64,000 nt of DNA from Babesia bigemina (lineage: Eukaryota), in the NCBI RefSeq assembly GCF_000981445.1, contig NC_027217.1, positions 1,922,001 to 1,986,000 of the forward strand, read 5' to 3'. Both the position numbers and the translations under genes were made by a program. A model generated the notes under the pieces. That model searched no databases. It was not told where the DNA came from and saw nothing but the letters and a program-made list of their open reading frames with translations. Shown here in pieces: positions 11,817-23,100 of the stretch. The stretch's first letter is position 1; the number at the start of each line of letters is the position of its first letter.

Positions 11817-14800
11817 ATGGCGGTGCCTGTGCGGGTGAAGCAGGAGCCCGTTTCGGAGTCCTTCCCGACGCGGTTGCCGGATCCTGCGGCGCTGATGTGC
11901 AGCAAGCTGATGTCGTGTCCTTCCCTGTCGCTGCGCCATTTGCTGGAAGGATCCGACGCTGAGCGCGCTGAGAAGACACAGCTGTTGACTCTACAGCTGT
12001 CGCGCTGCCATCAGTCGGAACGCTTCGATTACCAGTCTGATGCCGCTGTGTTTTGCACGTTGCTGAGGACTGCGAGCACCCCTCTTCAGGTGAAGGTGTG
12101 TGAGTTGTTGGTAGCGTACTTGAAGGCTGCCCACGTGGATAACGATTTGGTCGACAACGATGAAGGCATACAATCAGCGGAATCGCTTTTGTCCTTCTAC
12201 CGGCTGCTGCATGACGACCTGGTTGCGTATGCACTCCCCAATGTCAAGGCAGGTGACCAGTGCTCGTTGTTTCTTTGCAACTTGCTATCCATATGTTCCT
12301 CTCGCAGAGTGTTTGCGGAGATAGTTGGCATGTTCGGGAGCAGCGTGCGTTCGCTTTTACCTAGCGGCACCCCTGGTGGGATGGCGCCTGAGCTGCCAGT
12401 TGACAACGCCAGGCGCGTGATTGGGATCATGAAGACGCTGTTGTTTTTGACGAAGGCTTTCGGCGCCCCTACCGTTCCGTCCGAAGCGCTCTGCGCGATT
12501 GCGTCGAGCATCATAACAGGAACTCGGACACATCTATGCCGGTTGTACAGTTACAACGTGCTTGCGTTTTTGTTGCGCAACATCACGGACGAGGAAGAGG
12601 TCAAGGCCGTTCTGCCTGATTTGAGCGCGTCGCAGTTGAGGAGGGTCTTAGCGCTTTTGAAGGAGGCGAACCATCTGGGGGACACCACATCGTGGTCGTT
12701 TCAACGCAAAGCTCGTGCCTCGGCTGCCTCACCAATTCAAGCACCAGCTTCGACAGCGCCACCTCGCCATTCCGAGACTATAAATACGGTTGTGCCGTCT
12801 GATTCTGTGGCAGGTAGCCCCGCCGTGCCAGCCGCAGTTCAGCAGCTGCCGGCAACTCCGTTGAAGCCCACGGTGGCGGAGAAGCGATCCTCGCCGTCGA
12901 TGCCTACGCACCTCATGTCCAGTGCTACGACGGACACGGCTAATGTAGCGGTTGCTGCGGTTACACCTCCTGTGGTTCGCGGCAACAACGCCGGTGAAGC
13001 GCTTAGCGAATCTGCCGGTACCACCTGTGCAGACAGCACCGTCGTTACAACTGCCACTGCAACGGCCAGAGGTGTCGCCCGAGCTGGAAACCGGCCGCCG
13101 ATGAATCGTGCATCCTCGACAAATTCAACGGGAGCACCTACAACCAATCGTTCAGTTCCGACGTCGAATCACGTCGCTCTAGCTCCATCTGGCGAGTCGC
13201 AGTCTTCATCGGTGGAGCAGTTCAAAGCCGAGTGGCTGAAGCGGTTGTCGTCGCAGTTTACGTACTCTGGACAAAATACGAAGTCTGGAAGTTATGATCG
13301 AGAGGCGTGGAAGGCCAAGCGCGATATTCTTACATCCGTGTTGGACCAGGTGCGACGAGTTGCGTGTAGGTTGAGCATGGGGCCCAGCGGCACACAAGTG
13401 GTTGGTATATTGGAAAGCATACTCAGATTCGAGTCTGCGATTCCAATTGTATTGGGAGCACTGCAGTTGTTGGGCGTTTTGCTCGATAAGTGCGGCGAAG
13501 GTTTTATGCGCCAGGTAAAGACCCCCTGCTTAGTGGATTTGGTGTTTGACCGTTTGAAGGACAGCAACGGCAAGGTGCAGGGCGCAGCAGTTCAGTGTGT
13601 TGCGTGGATGATAAAGTACGGAGATGGCGCTATGGTCTTTGAGGCTGTGAAGAAGTCCTTGTGCCACAAGTCCCCACTGGCACGCATTGCCATGTGCAAC
13701 ATCATTTCCGGAACTGCGGTTCTGCCCGATTCTTTTGACAACATAACGCAGGAGCTACAATGCCACAGATCGCAATTGATACCCGTTCTGACTTCACTCG
13801 CATTGGACAAGAACGCCAAGGTCCGATGCGCCGCTCTGGAGAGTAAGCGTGCATTGGAAGATCCCTCTTATTCGAGGCCATCTGCAAAACCCACAGCAGC
13901 GCCATCCGCTGTAATCAGGCCTGCTCCTCCCACTAGTTGCCCGCGTGTAACGGGTGGTAGCAGTCGTGCGACATCCCGTCTACGTCCAAAGGCGGGAACC
14001 GCCGCTCCACCTGCTGGCCTCAAAGGGCCATCTGGAGGCGCGCCGCCTGTTGGTGACGCTAAAAAGGAAATCGCGAGTGCGGCTCCGCCAACCACTCCAG
14101 ACGCTGTGCCAGCAGCGGTGGCGCCCGCTAAACGTAAGTTGGTGCGCAGGTTTTTGAAGAAAAGCTTGAGAAAGCATAGCAACGGTGCCGGCGTGACCGT
14201 GCCTGCTCCGTGCGTCACTGCAACATCTAGCTGCGAAACGGCTCCCACAGAAACATCTACATATTCGGTGCCATCGGATGCGATGGAGGTGGATCCCCCT
14301 GTGTCGTCGACGTCAGTGGCTATGGATTTGGATGAAACTGTGTCCGATGACATGTCAAGGTCCAGCGCCTTAACAGTCGCACCTACTGAAGATCAATTGT
14401 CGTCAAATGTCGTGTACAGTTCAAATTTCGAGGATGGGGACAGCTCTACAAAGAATTTGCCCGTGAATTCACAATGCGGTGTGGTGGCCACCCCCTTGGA
14501 GTCGAGTGATAAACGAGTTATGCCTGCGGCCAAGGAGACTAGGGTGTGCCCTGTGCCTCCCAGACCAAGATTGTCCGAAAGAATTTCAGCGGAAGAGGTT
14601 TCCACGTCGTTCGTTCCTTCTGAAGCTGAAAGTACGCTGTTGAACCACATCGATTCCAGCATCCTGAACAAGATCTGCCGCCGTGGATCTTCCCGGCGCA
14701 GTCTGGCTGAGGGCTTATACGAGCTCTCCAAGTGGTTAAACGGACATTCGGACCTGGCGCGTGAGTTGGAGGCATCCATTTTGCGTTTCCTTTGTGAATG

Positions 14801-17800
14801 CACCAACAATTTCAGTGAGCAGTCCAAGACGGGCAAAGCTGCTTTGTATTCATTTCTGGAGGATTTTATTGCACCAGGTGTAACGTCGGATAGTGCTGCG
14901 ATGCTGGTTGCCGCTATCTCCACTGATGTACGTAACCCGAAGGTTGCGTCCCTGATAAAGCAGCTTTCTTCAAATTGCGATGGCGACACCTTTTTCGCTG
15001 CGCTATTGACTGATGGGAATGGCTCGACCAATTCATGCGACTCTTCAGCGATGTTAGAGTTCGTATTAACACTGCTCACTCCGGAGTTGGTCGCCAATTT
15101 GAATGCGAATACCGTCGGCATTATAGTGTCATATTGTGCACGTCTATCATCTGCAGACGGTGGGGACGTCTCGATTCTAGCCGCCAAGGTTTTGGACGCC
15201 ATAGATGCAGTTCCAACGCAGGATGTAGATGAGCACTTGTCGCCGGCCGCTGAGGTTGAGGCTGTTGCTCAATCGCCCAAATCAGACACCCTTACCGCTT
15301 CACAGTGTGATTCGTCTCCCCTCCCGGCTCCAGGTTACCAACCAACTTCAACTGCTTCGTCAAGCGTATCGCCCATTAATGACGGTGTACTGGCCGCCGC
15401 TTTCGAAAAATGCCTCCCATCTGCAGTTAGGGATTCGAACAAGGTCATCGCAACGCCGTCACCACCGACTGGACGTAGCGATGGCTCGTCTAGTTCCTGC
15501 TACAATTCGTTTGAGCTCCCTGATAAGTTCAGCAACGCGCTTTTGTTCGCGTCCATGCGTATGAGGAAGAAGGTTTCCCGCGACCTGTATTGCTGTATGT
15601 TCGAGAGCAACGGCGAAAGTGGCTTGAATCGCGCTTGTATGTTTTGGGAGACATTTTTGCAGCAGCCGAGGGATTTGCTGAGTGGCATGCTTTTTGCCGA
15701 CAACAATGTGCGATTAGAGTTGCTGACGTGGTTGTGCTGCGCTCTGCTGCGTGGCTTGTGTGAAAATCAAGTGTACCGCTGCTTCGACCGTTTGTTTGCT
15801 AAGGTGAAGGAGATGGGCCTCAAGCTGTCGGTTGACGAGAGCGCCAGGGTGCTAGACGCACTTACCATTTATCGGGAGCGTAACCAGGGCAACGCATTGC
15901 TGTTGTTCGATCACCTCATGCAGGTGACCAACGTAACCACGGAACTCTTGTCGGCTTGCTTCTCCCCCTGTGTATGGCAAGCAGCTTTGTGTGAGCGTAT
16001 GGCATCACCAATCGTTCCCGATTCGCTGCCCAGTACACAGCAGGCATCTCAAGTGTCACCGCAACGGGTATCAACTGTTGTCAGGTCCGAAGAGTCACCG
16101 AAGACCTCCAGCCCAAGTGGCATTGCTTGCACCAGCCCTGCGAACACGTGCAATGTTGTTGTGCCAGAGGGCACTGAAATTCCGGAGAAATCACCGATAA
16201 ACGGGGATGCAATGGAGTGTCAAAACTTGTCTGTGACATCTATTTCGGAAGACCAGGATGTTACGGGACGTAACTCGGCCACGAAATTCCGCGTATCGTC
16301 AGTTCGTACTTCTGCAGAACGTGGCTCCAAAACACCATGTGATCCATCTCCAGCCTCAGCAGCAAGTGCTGGCATCGAGAACAACGGCTTCATTCCATCC
16401 AACAAGGCGGAACAGTGGATCAAGATGAATGGCGATATTAGCACCGTGCGGCATTCGGTAGGAGCCGTTGCGGTAGCACCAACATCCAATATAAAGTCAC
16501 CGTCCAAACCAGCGGCTGCTTCGTCGAAATCTATTGTGTTCACCTCAGCGTCCGCGCCGCCATCATTCGCCGCCACTTCCGCATCCAATACAAGGAAGCG
16601 CATCTCTCTGGTTGCCCGTGAGTCTCCACTCTCACCCAAAACATTGCGGTCATCGCAATCGGCACAGCAGGAGTATAACGAGCAATCGCCGTGCGTATCC
16701 ACAGGATCACCCGTTGCAAAACAGCAAGGCACACCTGAATCGTTGACTCCGAAACGGTCAAAGCTACCTGATGCACCCTCAACAGATGTTGTTATGGAAT
16801 CTTCTGATAAAGTCGTTTGTGATGCGGTAATGGATAACGTGGGTGCGGCTACTGGTAAGATGAGTCCAGATAAATCAACAAATGTGTCTCCAATTCCCAT
16901 TGCCACAACCAATCCTCGCCGATCGGGCACGGAAGAAAGACGCAGTGTTACATTTGCTTTGGAAGGCGGTGTGCGTTGTACGCCCACTGCGGAGATCTGC
17001 CCATCCGAAACTCATGCCGAGGCAGTTGCGGCGGTTGCTGATACCAATCTATCCGCGAGAAGGTGCATTGAAGATGAGGCTGCGAACGAGGTTGTTAAAA
17101 AGGTTGTGCGGGAGACTGTCTTGGATGTTGGCAACCACATATCGCAAGAACCCCTCGACCTTGGTCAGGAAGATCATGACGAGGATTACGGATCCTTCCC
17201 AGGAGACGCGCCGCCAAATGGCGTTTGCCGATCCCACACGCCGACGACCGCCACCATGAGCGATGTATCGCTTTATGCAGGCAGTGTGTCTGACTTGGGT
17301 GCATCCTCACCGACATGTAACAAGCGTGAAGCATGTGATATAGGCATACAAACAACCCCGTTGGTTAACTTGATTGCTCAGGATACCCACGAGTCTATTT
17401 TGCCCACAGGCGTAATCGAGAAGGGTGCTGAAGATGTTACTGTGGCATTAGGATCGGTGACGGCTGTGGATGTCGCGGATGCCACCACTACTTCTGGAGT
17501 TGCAGAAGGTGCAAATGGATCCGACATTGGCTCTGATACCACAAAATCAGCTGTTACCGATGACACTCACGTTTCCGATGTGGTCAGTGGTGCTGTATAT
17601 CCAGACGTTGTCTCTTCTGCGTCATCGGCCGCAGTGGAATCGGCACGTAGCTCCGTTTCGCGCATCCTGTCGCGTCACTTGCGCTGTGAGAGTGTGGAGT
17701 CCGAGTGTGAATCTTCCATGCTGCTGCGACGATACATGAAGATGGTCGAGTCGATCTTGTCGGACTGTTCCTATATCGCAAACTTCTGCCTGCTCTCCAA

Positions 17801-18542
17801 CTACCAGGACTACCACGGTCTCGTGCCTTCTTTCTACGACGAGGGCATAATCGAGAGTTGTCTTGAAAGAACAGCTCGCATACTGGAGAACCTTGCTGTG
17901 TTTCCCGACCAGCAGGTCGTGTCCGCGCTTTCCCCGGTGTTGGTCGACGCTTGTCACATCTCGATTCTTCGTCTGTGCAAGGAGGTTGAGGATTTTTCGA
18001 GACTGGGCGTATCCACTGACAAGGTGGTTGAGGCTATTGTCTCCCTTATCGAACTGTTTACTATCGCTTCCGAGCGGCTGGACGGGCGTTCCCTGTTGCA
18101 GTACTGCGCGGTTGTGATCCACTGCCTCGCGCTGCCCAAGGTCTGCTTCCACCGTAACGTGAAGCTGTACAACGGCCTGAGCAGGCTCATATCTGTTAAT
18201 GCGCTGGAGCAGGGCGTGGACGTGTTATCGCGTCTGCTGGTGATATGTGTGGAGTTGAGCGTACAATCCCTTCGACGTGGCGACGGCGGCCGCATACTGC
18301 TGGCCATGCTGCGTCTTACCAAGATACTCCAGGTGCAAGTAATGATTCGGATGCACTACAAGAAGTGCATGAGTCCATTAACGCGTTCAGAGCTCTATAA
18401 GAGCCACTCGACGTACGTTGGCATGCTGCGGGACTACTTGCGTGGCGCGTACTGCAAGCCTACGGTAGAACCCCGCTTACAGGAAGCCGTTCGCCAGTCT
18501 AGCATACTGCTCAGGTCGCTGTGCGAGTCCGGCGATGCATGA
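11817..18542 (+). CDS. Large HEAT-repeat/TOG-domain protein (XMAP215/ch-TOG- or CLASP-like) with long S/T/P/A-rich linkers
   Basis: Uninterrupted ~2240-aa ORF; ATG at 11817 in caaATG context; TOG-like HEAT signatures WKAKR, RLKDSNGKVQ, HKSPLAR, DKNAKVR. Confidence 0.7.
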   Translation: MAVPVRVKQEPVSESFPTRLPDPAALMCSKLMSCPSLSLRHLLEGSDAERAEKTQLLTLQLSRCHQSERFDYQSDAAVFCTLLRTASTPLQVKVCELLVAYLKAAHVDNDLVDNDEGIQSAESLLSFYRLLHDDLVAYALPNVKAGDQCSLFLCNLLSICSSRRVFAEIVGMFGSSVRSLLPSGTPGGMAPELPVDNARRVIGIMKTLLFLTKAFGAPTVPSEALCAIASSIITGTRTHLCRLYSYNVLAFLLRNITDEEEVKAVLPDLSASQLRRVLALLKEANHLGDTTSWSFQRKARASAASPIQAPASTAPPRHSETINTVVPSDSVAGSPAVPAAVQQLPATPLKPTVAEKRSSPSMPTHLMSSATTDTANVAVAAVTPPVVRGNNAGEALSESAGTTCADSTVVTTATATARGVARAGNRPPMNRASSTNSTGAPTTNRSVPTSNHVALAPSGESQSSSVEQFKAEWLKRLSSQFTYSGQNTKSGSYDREAWKAKRDILTSVLDQVRRVACRLSMGPSGTQVVGILESILRFESAIPIVLGALQLLGVLLDKCGEGFMRQVKTPCLVDLVFDRLKDSNGKVQGAAVQCVAWMIKYGDGAMVFEAVKKSLCHKSPLARIAMCNIISGTAVLPDSFDNITQELQCHRSQLIPVLTSLALDKNAKVRCAALESKRALEDPSYSRPSAKPTAAPSAVIRPAPPTSCPRVTGGSSRATSRLRPKAGTAAPPAGLKGPSGGAPPVGDAKKEIASAAPPTTPDAVPAAVAPAKRKLVRRFLKKSLRKHSNGAGVTVPAPCVTATSSCETAPTETSTYSVPSDAMEVDPPVSSTSVAMDLDETVSDDMSRSSALTVAPTEDQLSSNVVYSSNFEDGDSSTKNLPVNSQCGVVATPLESSDKRVMPAAKETRVCPVPPRPRLSERISAEEVSTSFVPSEAESTLLNHIDSSILNKICRRGSSRRSLAEGLYELSKWLNGHSDLARELEASILRFLCECTNNFSEQSKTGKAALYSFLEDFIAPGVTSDSAAMLVAAISTDVRNPKVASLIKQLSSNCDGDTFFAALLTDGNGSTNSCDSSAMLEFVLTLLTPELVANLNANTVGIIVSYCARLSSADGGDVSILAAKVLDAIDAVPTQDVDEHLSPAAEVEAVAQSPKSDTLTASQCDSSPLPAPGYQPTSTASSSVSPINDGVLAAAFEKCLPSAVRDSNKVIATPSPPTGRSDGSSSSCYNSFELPDKFSNALLFASMRMRKKVSRDLYCCMFESNGESGLNRACMFWETFLQQPRDLLSGMLFADNNVRLELLTWLCCALLRGLCENQVYRCFDRLFAKVKEMGLKLSVDESARVLDALTIYRERNQGNALLLFDHLMQVTNVTTELLSACFSPCVWQAALCERMASPIVPDSLPSTQQASQVSPQRVSTVVRSEESPKTSSPSGIACTSPANTCNVVVPEGTEIPEKSPINGDAMECQNLSVTSISEDQDVTGRNSATKFRVSSVRTSAERGSKTPCDPSPASAASAGIENNGFIPSNKAEQWIKMNGDISTVRHSVGAVAVAPTSNIKSPSKPAAASSKSIVFTSASAPPSFAATSASNTRKRISLVARESPLSPKTLRSSQSAQQEYNEQSPCVSTGSPVAKQQGTPESLTPKRSKLPDAPSTDVVMESSDKVVCDAVMDNVGAATGKMSPDKSTNVSPIPIATTNPRRSGTEERRSVTFALEGGVRCTPTAEICPSETHAEAVAAVADTNLSARRCIEDEAANEVVKKVVRETVLDVGNHISQEPLDLGQEDHDEDYGSFPGDAPPNGVCRSHTPTTATMSDVSLYAGSVSDLGASSPTCNKREACDIGIQTTPLVNLIAQDTHESILPTGVIEKGAEDVTVALGSVTAVDVADATTTSGVAEGANGSDIGSDTTKSAVTDDTHVSDVVSGAVYPDVVSSASSAAVESARSSVSRILSRHLRCESVESECESSMLLRRYMKMVESILSDCSYIANFCLLSNYQDYHGLVPSFYDEGIIESCLERTARILENLAVFPDQQVVSALSPVLVDACHISILRLCKEVEDFSRLGVSTDKVVEAIVSLIELFTIASERLDGRSLLQYCAVVIHCLALPKVCFHRNVKLYNGLSRLISVNALEQGVDVLSRLLVICVELSVQSLRRGDGGRILLAMLRLTKILQVQVMIRMHYKKCMSPLTRSELYKSHSTYVGMLRDYLRGAYCKPTVEPRLQEAVRQSSILLRSLCESGDA

Positions 18543-21500
18543 GTGGTTGCCACTGTTCCTATTTTAGCGCTAGAACTGCGAGTTAATGTCTAATAGCTGT
18601 TTCCACTTAGCACGCAATATGATTTATGTGTACTGTGCATTTGCATTGTGCGGTGGTTAGATGCATCAGATGAAAGTTCCGGAACTTCTAGATTGTAGCT
18701 TTTGCGAATTGAGTTTGTGTGCCGTAGCTGTAAATAGTCAGGTTGTCACCTAATTTCAAACGTAATAGATGCTGAGATACAATTGTCTTTAAAATTGCAT
18801 GGAAAGAAAATCGTTCAACCAAGGCGCAGGGTTCAACGTTTTGATGTAGGAAAGGTTGCGGTGGTATAACGTGGTAGGCGTAATCGGTGTCAAGGCATTT
18901 CTAAAGATTATATCAATGTTAGCTACCCAGCAAACCATAGATTGATAATTGAGAAATAGCGATAGCAAAATATATAATGACTATCACTGGTACCGCAGGT
19001 GGGTTGAACATTATGTTCCCAGAAGTACGTTAAACGTTTATAAGAGCTTGAAACACACAAGATACAAAAATAAAGTGTATCGCTTCTTAGATGTCGCAAC
19101 ACATACATTCGGTATGATGTGGCTGAAAGAGGTTATCGCAACTGGATGATATTGGATGTTAATGGAATTGACACTACTACGTGATGGAGGGCTTGGATCA
19201 GAGGATACAACACGGCAACTTCTTAATACATCATAGGGACGCAGTAATGTTTCAAATTAGGTGGAAAATATTAAGAAGATGGGGCTTACAATGTCCACAC
19301 GATAATATGGATATTTATGCCCCTCATGTTGCTCACTGTCAAATTGACGTTCTTCCTGCAATGTATTGGAGAAACCAGCGCCCATGATAACAAACTCTGC
19401 ATAACGACGAACTACCCACTTTGAAGTAAGTTCCACTTGGCAATATACCCCCAAATTTCCTTCATAACTGAACTTAAGAAGAAGATTACGTAGAATGATG
19501 AGACATTCTTGATGATTGCCGTAGTGGGTAGAGGCCCACCAATCATTCCTCCTTCAAAGGATACATCACTTATGTATGCAGGGGTGTAGTCATAACCATA
19601 ACCCGGATGTACACAACAGCCATATGGCACCATTTTTCAATCGGATCGTGTTACTCCACATTGTGACCATTGGTGATAACTTTTTCAAGGCTCTTAACTT
19701 TTCAATGGGCCACGGCGATGTAAAAGTGGCCTTCAACGTTAAACCTCTGGTTAATGCCCAAATTACAACAGGTTTTCCTTTAACATATCCATTACCGACA
19801 TAACATAGTCTTGCACCTAAGAGGCGATTTGCGTCAGGCTACAACATATACCGTCTGCCTGGATGCAGCATGAACTCCACTCACCTGAAGGAGACATCAA
19901 CATTTATAAGCTCGAGGGTAATGAAGACGTATAAGATCTTATTATTTCTATATTATTACTCATATTTAAGACCGCAATCTTATAGCATTGGTCTGATACA
20001 CGTCAGCCACCTTTTACAACTCTGCGTGACTTTTTCCGCTTAATTAAAGTTATTATATCGGAGTTAAATGCGGAATTTATAGAAGTTTGCGGTTCTATCA
20101 CTATTATATAGGCAATATGTATGCATAACGTATTGTTCTGGGTCTTCATTAATGATATTCTGGCCTTTTTGGCACAACGCCCATATCTTGTCCCCAATTT
20201 GAATAAGCGCAGCAAGATTTGTAAAATACGACGAATTTTAGTTTTGAATTCAACGTCACTGCAACACATATATGAACAAATGATGTGTCAACACAGCATT
20301 TCGAACCTAAGAATACTAGTCATCGTGCGTGCTACCACATTGTTCGCTGTCTATAATCTGGGGTATTCAATTTTGGTGTGACTAATATAGTTCGCAGTTA
20401 GTGGAAAAGCCGTTTTATGATCACTATAGATATTATATACCGCTTAACAGTTGAAAGGAGTCTGTTGTTAGGAAACCATTTCGCTTACCAGCTGAAATGA
20501 CCAGATCCCCACAAGCATTCAGACATAGATGGGCAACTAAATAACAACGAATAGAATTTATCGGTTTCCAACAGACGCCCACAACGACATCACATCGTCA
20601 CTGAAGATTGCCTTTTAAAACTGTGGATGTAATAATGCCTGCTAAATAACAATTTGGCAAACGCTGCTGTCGTTACTGCTGTCTGTAATTGAAAAATTGT
20701 ACAGACGGATTATACGGTTGAAGGTAAAAAATAAGTGCACATTAAATGATAAATCATGTAACATGTGGGAGTATTCGTGGGCACATGGAGCGGTGGTAAT
20801 AGGAGAAAATGTACTATATCGAATAAAGCATGTCATCAGGGGAATGTGACGATAAGTTATTAAAACCCTAATTAAGCTGAATAATGACCTCAGCTCAAAT
20901 GTACTTGGCATATTAATTTTCGATCTCTTAGTTAATTGTCTGTGATTGCAACAGGCTAACCTAGTTGAAAATTCGAGATGAAATAATTTGGATAACAAAT
21001 CAGCGAAAGATTTGAATACAGCCCGTAAAGGGTAACAAACTTACTAAATGTTAAGCTTGTGCTATATAAAGATAACAATATATTAGTTGTAGAATTGGGT
21101 TTCGCAACTTCTTGTGAATGTCAATATCCACATGGACAAGGTCTTTTCGGTTCGTCAAAACAGCATTAAAGACGGTAATATTTAAAGTCATCATAATGAA
21201 ATAGATACATTATAAATTAATGCCTTCGGCAATATGAGCGTTAAACACTGTAATGATGTCGTTTAATATCTTTATATACTGTCTACGTTCTCCACCTCGT
21301 GTGGTGCAGGAAAATTAACGCAATGGAAGCTACGATTTTGGATTTCTACGTAACGTATTATGGCGACAAATGAAGGGTTTAACTACAAACTGTTTTATAT
21401 AATGTAGCAAATAGTGTGTGGTTGATTTATTAGCAATCAGTGCACCGTGCAGTCCAGAAAGCATCACCTTTATATTTGTGGGCAATGCAACCATTCCAAT

Positions 21501-21603
21501 GCATAAAGGTATACAACCACGTCGAATAGGATATTTGCCACGCCTTTGATTTCCATGTAGGTTTTACACCGCAGCACTGGGCTTATTCCGATGTGATGGA
21601 AAG

Positions 21604-21981
21604 ATGACATTGGAAGAGGAATCGGATGGAAGATCCGATCCGTGTGGTTGTCCAGGTGGAAAATGCTTTCCAAAAAAAATATGTGAGTGCTGTATCTTGT
21701 GTTGTGGTACATGCAAGACTATGTTGTGCGGGAACTGTGACGGCATCAGACAGCGAAATCCTTCATTAATAGGGTCTAAGAGATGCAAATTTTTTCGCTG
21801 TCCATGTAGGGATTGTATCTTATTGTACGTCATCATCTTCATAGTATTCGTATCAGTAGTCGGATTTGCTGTTTACCTGTATAAAACGATGTCACCCCCT
21901 TACACACTAGGCCAATTGTTTCCTGACTGGACAGGATACACCTCCACATACGCCGGCCTGGGAAGCAAGAATCTTTCTTAA
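21604..21981 (+). CDS. Small Cys-rich single-pass membrane protein, paralog A (125 aa)
   Basis: 15 Cys in the N-terminal ~70 aa, hydrophobic ILLYVIIFIVFVSVVGFAVYLY, and a tail identical to paralog 59292-59660 (GQLFPDWTGYTSTYAGLGSKNLS). Confidence 0.75.
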   Translation: MTLEEESDGRSDPCGCPGGKCFPKKICECCILCCGTCKTMLCGNCDGIRQRNPSLIGSKRCKFFRCPCRDCILLYVIIFIVFVSVVGFAVYLYKTMSPPYTLGQLFPDWTGYTSTYAGLGSKNLS

Positions 21982-23100
21982 CATCACTTGATGCCGTATC
22001 ATGCGTAATACATTAATATGGTTATTAAAGGTTTTGGTGAGCGCGAATTTAGGTTCGTTCAACAAGGCTGATAATACGTGCATCCACCCTGCGGTGTACA
22101 GTATTACATGATAAATGACAGAATTAGGAAGCAGCTTCGCAACAGCGCCTTATAGGTTCTAGGTTTCACATTCTGAAGATTATTTTACGCTACAGTTGTA
22201 TGTGGCATTAAGGGACTTTCCTGCCGCAACTACGTTTCCTCGAAAAGATTCAGGCAGTCGTTGTCTGACAAAATGCATATAACTCAATCTACAGATATCT
22301 AGGTCCTACACCTCATGGACATCATCTAGACTTAACGTGCCCATTGTAGACACGGCTTGGTGATGCCCGTATGAAACGGCAATTCTCCGGAGTGCCCGAA
22401 TCTAGAAAGGGCCATTATATGACATCGTTAAACTGTTATTATGTTATTACACACCTATAGCGCATCTTACGCAGGCCTGTGTCATCGCAATAGCCTCAGT
22501 TATCGGAATATCATGGGCACCTCCACGTGCTGCGCCGCTGCATTCCGGAGTATAATCCTGCAGCTGCGATCAAATACTAATTAATATTCTCCATGAAATG
22601 TTATAGACATGGCAATAGGGTTTGATAACTAGAGGTATTTGCATTTCTATCTTCGTGTCTACACCTCCCGACCGCACAGGGTGGCACACACCCAGATACA
22701 CACCCTTGTTCGGTAGCGTCAAAACGTCCTTCCGCGTCGGCGGGGTTTTGGGGACGGTGTAGGAATTTGCAATTCCTGCAGGTGGGTTCCTATTTGGGCA
22801 CCGTAGGTTGCCTTTGGTCTTGGCAACTTGCTGTCGGTGCAGCGCCCACCTCTTCCTTCTCTGCCGGAGTGGTTGCGGCGCAGCGAAACACGTGATTTTG
22901 ATATGGTAACACAACTGTATACACCTTTAGCGGCATATGAGTCACGTTTTGAAGGCCGCCTGTGTAATGTCTGATTCAGTGATTCGACAAAACTTGAGTA
23001 GCTGGATTTAGACGCCGTTCCTACGTCGAACGCTGTACGCTGCCTAAGCATTTGCCAGAAAAGGTGCTTTTATGAGGGTAGCATAAGCACTTTCGTCACA

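Noticed and set aside
11779..18322. Many antisense/alternate-frame ORFs within the TOG-like gene
   Set aside because: Shadow ORFs expected from GC-rich coding sequence.
22570..22914. Minus-strand ORF similar to 45763-46053 (..KGNL..PPTRKDVLT..) as a conserved gene
   Set aside because: Copy 3 has TAG in that frame (PPTR*), and the alternative + frame (45854, 60337) has a stop in copy 1; the similarity is explained by duplicated non-coding DNA.
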